In this document: one piece after another, positions 56,807 through 64,000 of the stretch
Position numbering within the stretch: position 1 is the stretch's first letter
How the letters are laid out: each line of letters opens with the position of its first letter
Assembly: GCA_963668695.2 (NCBI GenBank)
Contig: CAXXLQ010000004.1
Coordinates: 1,344,001 to 1,408,000, forward strand
Length of the DNA stretch: 64,000 nucleotides
Direction of reading: 5' to 3'
Origin: Vicinamibacteria bacterium
GTDB lineage: Bacteria > Acidobacteriota > Vicinamibacteria > Marinacidobacterales > Marinacidobacteraceae
Notes under the pieces: generated by a model
Databases searched by the model: none
What the model was told of the DNA's origin: nothing
Seen by the model: only the letters and a program-made list of their open reading frames with translations
Translations under genes and position numbers: made by a program

Positions 56807-57509
56807 TGGTCGAGATTGCTTCGTCGGTGAGGATCCGCCCGTCCCGCAGTTCGACGCTCCGGGACGCGTATTGCGCCACCTGGCGATCGTGGGTGATCAT
56901 GATCACGGTCAGTCCACGTTCGGAATTCAGCCGGGCGAAGGTGTCGAGGATTTCGCGTCCGGTTCGGGTATCGAGGTTTCCCGTGGGTTCATCGGCGAGC
57001 AGGAGCCGGGGCCGGTTGGCCAGGGCCCGGGCGATCGCCACCCGCTGCTGCTGTCCTCCCGAGAGCTGGCTGGGAGCATGGGTCGCGCGATCCGAGAGCC
57101 CGACGGCAGCCAGCGCCTCGGAAGCTTGTTGCCGCCGCTCTTCCCGTCCGGGGCGCTTCGCTCCGTAGAGCATGGGGAGCTCCACGTTTTCGAGGGCGCT
57201 GGCCCGTGCGAGCAGATGGAAGCTCTGGAAGACGAAGCCGATCTCCTCGTTGCGAATGCGCGCCCGTTCGTCGTTCCCGAGCCGGGACACGTCGCGCCCC
57301 ATGAGCTGGTATTCCCCGGAGGTCGGTTGGTCAAGGCAACCGAGAATGTGCATCAGCGTGCTCTTCCCGGAACCCGACGGGCCGAGAACCGACAGGAATT
57401 CGCCCTTGTCGACCGAAAGAGTGAGCCCCCGGAGAGCCTCGACCCGGTGGGTCTCGCTCAGGACATAGGTCTTGACGAGATCATGGACCTCGATGGCAGC
57501 CAAAGGCAA
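56784..57509 (-). CDS. ABC transporter ATP-binding protein (LolD/MacB-type)
   Basis: GPSGSGKST, IGFVFQSF, LSGGQQQR, LADEPTGNLD. Confidence 0.95.
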   Translation of the reverse strand: MPLAAIEVHDLVKTYVLSETHRVEALRGLTLSVDKGEFLSVLGPSGSGKSTLMHILGCLDQPTSGEYQLMGRDVSRLGNDERARIRNEEIGFVFQSFHLLARASALENVELPMLYGAKRPGREERRQQASEALAAVGLSDRATHAPSQLSGGQQQRVAIARALANRPRLLLADEPTGNLDTRTGREILDTFARLNSERGLTVIMITHDRQVAQYASRSVELRDGRILTDEAISTNGASPDA

Positions 57510-57550
57510 TTCCTCCGGGATGTCGTTGTCTTGCTTCAGGGGTCGGTGGA

Positions 57551-57607
57551 TCGTCCCACCGGCGGCTCCGGCGCGGACGAGCCGCGCTGGATCCCCCGGT
57601 GGGACGA
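57551..57607 (-). terminator. Long hairpin downstream of M20 paralogue 2
   Basis: tcgtcccaccgg...ccggtgggacga enclosing a second stem; decayed homolog near 59645-59685. Confidence 0.5.
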
Positions 57608-57617
57608 ACGCGGGCTG

Positions 57618-59300
57618 TCAGTCCTGGTCCATCTCCGTTGCGGCAGGGGCGTCCGGCAACAGTCCGGCGTACGCATAGAGGAAGGTCGCCACGGTCTTCT
57701 CGCCGCCGGCCATCCCGTAGACCTCGCCGGCGCCCTCGATCACCCAGAACTCGTTGGCCGCGTGGGCGCCGCCCCCGTGACCGCCGGCTCCGCCGACGAT
57801 CGGCATCGCCAGGTCGGTCCCGTCCGGCAGCGCGGCGTCGCGGCCGCTGAACAGGTAAGCCGGCCAGTAGCCGCCGAGGATGGACTCCTCTTCAAGGGGC
57901 TGGCGGTAGCGGATGCCGAAAATGTCATAGGCGCGCAGCAGGGAGTGCGCCGCCCGGTTGTCGTAGCTGGACTTCGACCACGGCACATCGCCGACAATCG
58001 TCATCTCGACATCCTCGTAGCCCTGCTCGTCCAGGTAGTCGCGGATCTTCTGAACCATCTCAAGCCCATCCATGCTCGGGACGTAGCGCATGTTGTGCTT
58101 GGACGTGATGCGGTTCGGCAGGATCGCGCCGGCTCCGCCGGGATACATGTTCCCGGCCCACACGCCGTCCATGTTGAAGGAAATCCCGTAGCGCGCGCTC
58201 TTCAGGTACGTGAGGGGGTCGTCGCTGATGAAGCGGGCCACGCCGATGTTCTCGGCGGCGACGGCCATGTCGATGTTCTCGGCGGCGGTTCGAAACATCG
58301 CCTCTTCCTCTTCGCTCAAGGGGTCGGCGCCGTCATAGAAGCCGGGAACCAGCGCCCGGTTGCCGTCATCGGAGACCAACGAGGCGAGCATCTTCACGTG
58401 CCGAAGCGCGGGAGCGTCGGTAGAGCGCTTGTTCGCGCCGTGGATGTTGGAGGCCACCGGGCCCCGCCCCCAGCTCGCTCCGCTGGTGGTGAGCTCGATG
58501 TAGACGCATCCTTCGGAGCCGCCGCCAATGCCGGCGGCGCCGGAGCGGGACTGGGAGCCGAAGCGGTACATCGCCTCCGCGTCGCGGAAGAGTTCCGGGT
58601 TCTCCCGGACGAACTGCCGGAGGCCGATGGACATCCGCTCCTCGTCGCCTTCGGCGACGAAGATCAGGTTCACCGGCATGGAGCCGGTCTCCTCGTAGAT
58701 GGAGTGGAAGGCGTTCCACTGGGTCATCTGGGGACCCTTGGAGTTGGTCGCGCCCCGGCCGATCATCACCTTCTTGAAGGGGCCGAACTCGGTGAACTCG
58801 CCGTCGAACGGCGGGAGCACCCACGCCTCGGGCTGGGTGATCGGCATCGTGTCGTACATCCAATAGATGAGGATCGTGTGCTCCTTGCCGTAGTCACAGT
58901 TCGCATACACGACCGGGTTGCCGGGCTGGCCCCATTCGGTCATCGGGATTTCGTACACCTGGCTCTGTTGGCAGCCGAGCTGATCGAAGAAGCCCTTGAC
59001 CATCTGGGCGGATTCGGGGATCCCTTCCCCGGAGTTCGAGATGCTCGGCTGTTGGATCCAACGGCGGAGGTTCATCGTGTGCCGATCGACGTTGTCGTCG
59101 ATGTGCTGGAACACCCGCTGGAGTTCCTCGGGAATCTGGGCCATGTCCGGAGCGATTTCGGTATCGCCGGCAGCGCGGATACCGAGCGCCTCGGTTGCCG
59201 GGGCCGTCTGGTCCTCCATCTCGGGGGCACCGCAAGCCAGCAAGCCGAGTCCGGAAATGAGCAGCAGGAACAGGCCGCATCGGATTGCGTTTCGCGTCAT
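57618..59300 (-). CDS. M20/M25/M40-family metallohydrolase lipoprotein, paralogue 2
   Basis: Lipobox LLAC; YWMYDTMP, GRGATNSKGP, EGDEE, HAANE; AAGGAG RBS. Confidence 0.85.
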   Translation of the reverse strand: MTRNAIRCGLFLLLISGLGLLACGAPEMEDQTAPATEALGIRAAGDTEIAPDMAQIPEELQRVFQHIDDNVDRHTMNLRRWIQQPSISNSGEGIPESAQMVKGFFDQLGCQQSQVYEIPMTEWGQPGNPVVYANCDYGKEHTILIYWMYDTMPITQPEAWVLPPFDGEFTEFGPFKKVMIGRGATNSKGPQMTQWNAFHSIYEETGSMPVNLIFVAEGDEERMSIGLRQFVRENPELFRDAEAMYRFGSQSRSGAAGIGGGSEGCVYIELTTSGASWGRGPVASNIHGANKRSTDAPALRHVKMLASLVSDDGNRALVPGFYDGADPLSEEEEAMFRTAAENIDMAVAAENIGVARFISDDPLTYLKSARYGISFNMDGVWAGNMYPGGAGAILPNRITSKHNMRYVPSMDGLEMVQKIRDYLDEQGYEDVEMTIVGDVPWSKSSYDNRAAHSLLRAYDIFGIRYRQPLEEESILGGYWPAYLFSGRDAALPDGTDLAMPIVGGAGGHGGGAHAANEFWVIEGAGEVYGMAGGEKTVATFLYAYAGLLPDAPAATEMDQD

Positions 59301-59369
59301 CAGGATCTCCTTCTTGAATCGAACGGGGTGCTGGCCGCACCGACGTTTTCGGGGAACGGCCAACTCCAG

Positions 59370-59399
59370 AAGATATGCCCCGGCCCTCCGGCCTGTCAA
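59370..59399 (-). promoter_or_regulatory. Sigma70-type promoter of M20 paralogue 2
   Basis: TTGACA-N18-TATCTT. Confidence 0.65.
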
Positions 59400-59512
59400 A
59401 GGGCGAGGAGTGCCGCTCTGCAGGGCGGGATCGTTGGCCGCGGCCCAGCGCAACTCCCAGACCCTGCCTGCGGCGCCAACGAAGAGCAACAACGGCGGGG
59501 ACCCGACCCTGA

Positions 59513-59645
59513 TGCTCTCGTCCTACACCTCCAACGTTCCCCGCATACGCTTCCCGACACCGCCCTTCCCGCATCTGCTCCCGCCTTCCGCCGCTGGTTT
59601 CGGCGGCCCTCATCTCCTGGGCGACCTGTACTCTGACAGCGCCGC
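59513..59645 (+). pseudogene. Decayed duplicate of the 5' region of the 61926..63161 gene
   Basis: Aligns with ~61835-61960 (ctctcgtcct, ccccgcatacgcttccc); encodes RICSRLPPLVSAALISWATC versus RVRSRLPQLVRAVPILWGAC. Confidence 0.65.
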
Positions 59646-59698
59646 CCGCGGCGCGGACTCAACCGCGCCGGATCCGTGGGACGGACGAAACGCTCTCT

Positions 59699-61381
59699 TT
59701 ATTCCTCGTCCATGCCGGTGTCGGCCGGGGCATCCGGGAGCAGTCCGGCGTAGGCGTAGAGGAAGGTCGCCACCGTCTTCTCGCCGCCGGCCATCCCATA
59801 GACGTCGCCGGCGCCCTCGATCACCCAGAACTCGTTGGCCGCGTGGGAGCCGCCTCCGTGACCGCCTGCCCCGCCGACGATCGGCATCGCGAGGTCGGTT
59901 CCGTCCGTGAAGTCTCCGTCCCGGCCGCTGAAGAGATAGGCGGGCCAGTAGCCGCCGAGGATGGTTTCCCCTTCGATGGGGTCCCGGTAGGGGATCCCGA
60001 AAATGTCATAGGTGCGCAGCAGGGAGTGCGCCGCCCGGTTGTCGTAGCTGGACTTCGACCACGGGACGTCCCCGATGATCGTCATCTCGACGTCTTCATA
60101 GCCCTGCTCATCCAGGTAGTCCCGGATCTTCTGGACCATGTCCAACCCGTCCATGCTGGGGACGTAGCGCATGTTGTGCTTGGAGGTAATCCGGTTCGGC
60201 AGAATGGCGCCGGCGCCGCCCGGATACATGTTGCCGGCCCAGACGCCGTCCATGTTGAAGGAAATCCCGTAGCGGGCGCTCTTCAGATACGTCAGGGGAT
60301 CGTCGCTGATGAAGCGGGCCACGCCGATGTTCTCGGCGGCGACGGCCAAGTCGATGTTCTCGGCGGCGGTTCGAAACATCGCCTCTTCCTCCTCGCTCAA
60401 GGCGTCGGCGCCGTCGTAGAAGCCGGGAACCAGCGCCCGGTTGCCGTCATCGGAGACCAACGAAGCGAGCATCTTCACGTGCCGAAGCGCCGGGGCGTCG
60501 ACGGAACGCTTTCTGGACCCGTGGATGTTGGAGGCCACCGGGCCCCGTCCCCAGCTCGCTCCGCTGGTGGTGAGTTCAATGTAGACGCAGCCTTCCGACC
60601 CGCCCCCAATGCCCGCGGCGCCGGAGCGTGACTGCCGCCCGAAGCGGTACATCGCCTCGGCCTCACGGAATAGATCCGGGTTTTCCCGGACGAACTGGCG
60701 AAGGCCGATGGACATCCGCTCCTCGTCGCCCTCGGCGATGAAGATCAGGTTCACCGGCATGGAGCCGGTCTCCTCGTAGATGGAGTGGAAGGCGTTCCAC
60801 TGGGTCATCTGAGGGCCCTTCGAGTTGGTCGCGCCGCGACCGATCATCACCTTCTTGAAGGGGCCGAATTCGCTGAACTCGCCGTCGAACGGCGGAAGCA
60901 CCCAGGCCTCGGGCTGGGTGATGGGCATGGTGTCGTACATCCAGTAGATGAGCAGGGTGCGTTCCGCGCCGTAGTTGCAGTTCGCGTACACCACCGGGTT
61001 ACCGGGCTGGCCCCATTCGGTCATCGGGATTTCGTAGACCTGGGACTGCTGGCAACCGAGCTGATCGAAAAAGCCCTTCACCATCTGGGCTGACTCGGGG
61101 ATGCCCTCCCCGGAGTTCGAGATGCTCGGCTGCTGGATCCAGCGGCGGAGGTTCGTGGTGTGCCGGTCCACGTTGTCGTCGATGTGCTGGAAGACCTGCT
61201 GGAGTTCCTCGGGTATCTGGGCCATGTCCGGAGCGATTTCGGTATCGCCGGCAGCGCGGATACCGAGCGCCTCGGTTGCCGGGGCCGTCTGGTCCTCCAT
61301 CTCGGGGGCACCGCAAGCCAGCAAGCCGAGTCCGGAAATGAGCAGCAGGAACAGGCCGCATCGGATTGCGTTTCGCGTCAT
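59699..61381 (-). CDS. M20/M25/M40-family metallohydrolase lipoprotein, paralogue 3
   Basis: Same length and motifs as paralogue 2; tandem duplicate offset by 2081 bp. Confidence 0.85.
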   Translation of the reverse strand: MTRNAIRCGLFLLLISGLGLLACGAPEMEDQTAPATEALGIRAAGDTEIAPDMAQIPEELQQVFQHIDDNVDRHTTNLRRWIQQPSISNSGEGIPESAQMVKGFFDQLGCQQSQVYEIPMTEWGQPGNPVVYANCNYGAERTLLIYWMYDTMPITQPEAWVLPPFDGEFSEFGPFKKVMIGRGATNSKGPQMTQWNAFHSIYEETGSMPVNLIFIAEGDEERMSIGLRQFVRENPDLFREAEAMYRFGRQSRSGAAGIGGGSEGCVYIELTTSGASWGRGPVASNIHGSRKRSVDAPALRHVKMLASLVSDDGNRALVPGFYDGADALSEEEEAMFRTAAENIDLAVAAENIGVARFISDDPLTYLKSARYGISFNMDGVWAGNMYPGGAGAILPNRITSKHNMRYVPSMDGLDMVQKIRDYLDEQGYEDVEMTIIGDVPWSKSSYDNRAAHSLLRTYDIFGIPYRDPIEGETILGGYWPAYLFSGRDGDFTDGTDLAMPIVGGAGGHGGGSHAANEFWVIEGAGDVYGMAGGEKTVATFLYAYAGLLPDAPADTGMDEE

Positions 61382-61450
61382 CAGGATCTCCTTCTCGAAT
61401 CGAACGGAGCGCTGGCCGCACCGACGTTTTCGGGGAACGGCCAACTTCGG

Positions 61451-61480
61451 AAGATATGCCCGGATGCTCCGACCTGTCAA
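61451..61480 (-). promoter_or_regulatory. Sigma70-type promoter of M20 paralogue 3
   Basis: TTGACA-N18-TATCTT. Confidence 0.65.
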
Positions 61481-61925
61481 AGGGCGAGGAGCGCCGCTCT
61501 TCGTCGAGCGGTTCGGAAACGGGGCGCTCCCAGGGCAACATCCGAAATCCGAGGTCACTCGGCGAAAGAGCCCCGCGTCCGAACCGCCCGGCGCTTCGCG
61601 CCGCGAACCGAAACTCCCTGGCGCGCCTGCGGCGCGCGGCGGCGAGTTCCGGCTCGTTGTTTCTTTTTTGTGAACGGGGGGCAGTGGCCCCCCTTTCACA
61701 CTTTCCCCCCGGTTACGCGGGCAACGAACCGGAGGTTCGCTGCCACTGTTTTCGCTGGCTCAGGGCAGCGCCCGAGGGGCCGGAGCGCCAGGTCGGCGGC
61801 GAACGACAACCGTAACGTCAACCTCACGCCCAGCCTCTCGTCCTGCATCTCCAACTTGCCCCGCATACGCTTCCCCGATCTGCCGCTCCCGCGTTCGTTC
61901 CCGCCTCCCGCAGCTTGTCCGGGCG

Positions 61926-63161
61926 GTGCCCATCCTATGGGGCGCCTGTAGCCCGGCCCCGCCGGCGGCGGAGGAGTCTGTCCAGCCGCCGGCGGAGGAG
62001 TCTGTCCCCCGGACGGCCGATGAGCTCGCCAGCCGCTACGTGCGGCTCGCCTTCGCCCTCCACGAACGCGATCCGCTGTTCCTGGATCTGGTGTTCACGG
62101 ATGGGAGTCCGGAGTCCGCGGGCCTCGAGCTCCCGGAAATCGCCGAAGAGGCCGCGCGCCTTGCCGATAGCGCCCGCGCGATGGCGCGCACCGGGGAAGA
62201 ATTCCGGGTCCTCCGCATCGAAGCGTCGGTGCGCGCGCTGGCCTTCCGCGCCCGGTCGCTGCTCGGGGAACGCCAGCCTGTCGCAGAGGAACTTCGCGTG
62301 GTCTTCGGGCTTTCCTGGGGCGATCCCGAGGCGGATCTCGAGCGTCTTCATTTTCGGGTCGATCGCGCTCTGTCCGGAGTGGCTCCTCTCAAGGTCCGGG
62401 TGCGGCGCCACTACGAGCGCTCCGACGTGCCCGGGGAATCGGCGGAGGTCCGTTTGCGGGAGGCATTCGCCGCCTGTCGCGGACTGGCGCCCACTGAGGC
62501 TGCGGGTGTCGCCCTCGAACCGCTGGGTGTTCGCTGGATGGAACCCGCGGAAGCGCTCAGTCTCCCCACCGGCCCCTCGCCCTTCTATCGATACGCCGGG
62601 GACGGGCGCGGGGCGCTGTGGCTCCCGTTGGGCCTCCCGTTGCGATCTACCGAATTGAACCGTCTCGCCTGTCACGAAGGAGTCCCCGGCCATCATTTGC
62701 AGGCAGTGGTCGCCGATCAGGAATTCCGTGCGACCGGATGGCCGGAACTCGGAATCGTTCCGCTCTACGGTCCCCGGACCGCGGTGTTCGAGGGGCTCGC
62801 GGCAACGCTTGAGGATCTCGCACCCGCCACTCCCGCCGACGAGTCACTCCGCGCTCTGGAGCCTGTCGTGTCGCGCATCCTCGCCGGATACCTGGATGGG
62901 GACCTGAGTCGCCTGGAGGCGTTGCGCGCTCTCGATTTCGAGGCCCTGGTTCCCGACCCTCACGGCCTCCTCGCACACGCCGACCGCTTCGGCGGATACG
63001 CTCTTGTCCGCCCTTCCGTAGATCCCGCGTTCCGCGCCGCCCTGGAGAACCTCATCGATCCACGAATCTCTCCGGACGACCGGCTCTCCAGAATCCTGCG
63101 AGCGATCCGCGAAGCCATGAGTCCGACCGAACTCGTTTGCCTCTTTGCAGCCTGTGGATAA
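61926..63161 (+). CDS. Hypothetical lipoprotein with DUF885-like HExxxxHH metallopeptidase motif
   Basis: Lipobox-like WGAC; ACHEGVPGHHLQ followed by FEGLA; stop supplied by the MITE TIR; true start may be upstream. Confidence 0.7.
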   Translation: MPILWGACSPAPPAAEESVQPPAEESVPRTADELASRYVRLAFALHERDPLFLDLVFTDGSPESAGLELPEIAEEAARLADSARAMARTGEEFRVLRIEASVRALAFRARSLLGERQPVAEELRVVFGLSWGDPEADLERLHFRVDRALSGVAPLKVRVRRHYERSDVPGESAEVRLREAFAACRGLAPTEAAGVALEPLGVRWMEPAEALSLPTGPSPFYRYAGDGRGALWLPLGLPLRSTELNRLACHEGVPGHHLQAVVADQEFRATGWPELGIVPLYGPRTAVFEGLAATLEDLAPATPADESLRALEPVVSRILAGYLDGDLSRLEALRALDFEALVPDPHGLLAHADRFGGYALVRPSVDPAFRAALENLIDPRISPDDRLSRILRAIREAMSPTELVCLFAACG

Positions 63162-63344
63162 AGTGGCGTGAGCGCCGAGGCTGGCGAGGCGCCCGGCTGA
63201 CAAGGCGCGCGAGGGAGGAATACCTGGTGTATTTCGAGCGAAGCGCAACGATGAGCGCCTCACAGAGGCGCGGTTCAGCCGGGATGCATCGCCAGCCGAG
63301 CCCCCACCGGGAGAACTGGGCCGCGTGACTTTGTCCGCAGGCTG
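63148..63344. mobile_element. MITE-like element copy 7 (one 18-bp insert)
   Basis: cagcctgtggataaagt...actttgtccgcaggctg then cta. Confidence 0.85.
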
Positions 63345-63386
63345 CTAACGCCTTCTCTTCATAATTGATCACCGATTGAGGTCTTG

Positions 63387-63923
63387 ATGATTCGCCCGTC
63401 GCACCTCCTGGTGTTCGCAACGTTCGTCCTCGTCGGCTGCGGGGCTCCCGAGGCGGAGCCGCCCTCCGAGGAAATGGACGGAATGGATGGGATGGCGGGG
63501 ACGATGATGGCGCACGGCGACCACTCTGCCCGCTACGGGGGCTATGTCTTCATGCACGGCGATCTGCACTTTGAGGTCGTACTCACCGCCGGGGGCGAGC
63601 ATCGGCTGTACTTCTCGGACGCCACGCGGAGTGAACTTCCCGCCGCGGTTGCGGAGGACGTGCGGATGACCATCCGGCGCGTCGGGGACGCGGGAGAAGA
63701 GCTCGAACCCCTTGAGCCCCGGATCGACGAGTTCGGCGAAGCGTGGATGGCGAGCGGTCGTCCCATCGACAGCGAGGACACGGTGGCGATCGTGTACTTC
63801 CGGTTCGAGGGTTTTCCTTACGAAATTGAGGTTCCCTTCATCATGGAACCACCGGCGGTGGATCCCCACACCGGCATGCCGCTTCCCGGTGCGCAGCCCG
63901 AGGCGGAAGAGCCCCGAAGCTAG
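63387..63923 (+). CDS. Hypothetical Met/His-rich lipoprotein (possible metal-binding)
   Basis: Lipobox LVGC; MDGMDGMAGTMMAHGDHSARYGG...MHGDLHFEVV; DPHTGMP. Confidence 0.75.
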   Translation: MIRPSHLLVFATFVLVGCGAPEAEPPSEEMDGMDGMAGTMMAHGDHSARYGGYVFMHGDLHFEVVLTAGGEHRLYFSDATRSELPAAVAEDVRMTIRRVGDAGEELEPLEPRIDEFGEAWMASGRPIDSEDTVAIVYFRFEGFPYEIEVPFIMEPPAVDPHTGMPLPGAQPEAEEPRS

Positions 63924-63936
63924 GAGACGCAGCGTT

Positions 63937-63959
63937 GGGGCGCCGGCCTCCGGCCGGCA
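63937..63959 (+). repeat. REP-like copy
   Basis: ggggcgccggcctccggccggca. Confidence 0.7.
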
Positions 63960-64000
63960 TCGCCCGCCGCTATTCGGGCCCGCTGCTATTCGGAGCGAAG

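Noticed and set aside
56718-59636. 972-aa plus-strand ORF
   Set aside because: Antisense shadow of the ABC ATPase and M20 genes.
57618-61381. Diversity-generating retroelement (TR/VR) among the M20 or CoA-transferase repeats
   Set aside because: No reverse transcriptase in the window; differences are mostly synonymous and not adenine-specific.

Overview
GC-rich bacterial chromosomal window. Gene content (GWxTD protein, CRTAC1/ASPIC-UnbV next to a TPR protein, short STAS antagonist, YpdA-like reductase) suggests Acidobacteriota; this is inference. It carries housekeeping genes (purB-S-Q-L-F, purD-E, rpsU, rlmN, polA, rpiA, pta, ogt, two cyclophilins), an osmoprotectant ABC operon, a VapBC-type TA pair, an AAA_14/DUF4143-type ATPase, a HAD/aminotransferase/SDR/CoA-transferase/ADP-ribosylglycohydrolase operon, glycosyltransferases and many peptide/amide hydrolases, including three M20 lipoprotein paralogues with altered metal ligands. 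No transposase, rRNA, tRNA or CRISPR array was found. The most unusual signal is intergenic: a nested repeat system. It comprises (i) seven MITE-like elements plus one solo end (TIR CAGCCTGTGG...CCACAGGCTG) that often abut or supply stop codons, (ii) a REP-like family GGGANCGCCGNCCTCCGGCCGGCA, (iii) a 90-bp hairpin module inserted in the MITE and amplified five-fold in one copy, and (iv) a non-palindromic 18-bp unit, CCAGTTCTCCCGGTGGGG, found 12 times. The 18-mer was seen only inside MITE/REP copies, at different internal sites, in both orientations and once as a tandem pair, with empty sites visible in sister copies. Product calls are from motif recognition only; no database search was run.
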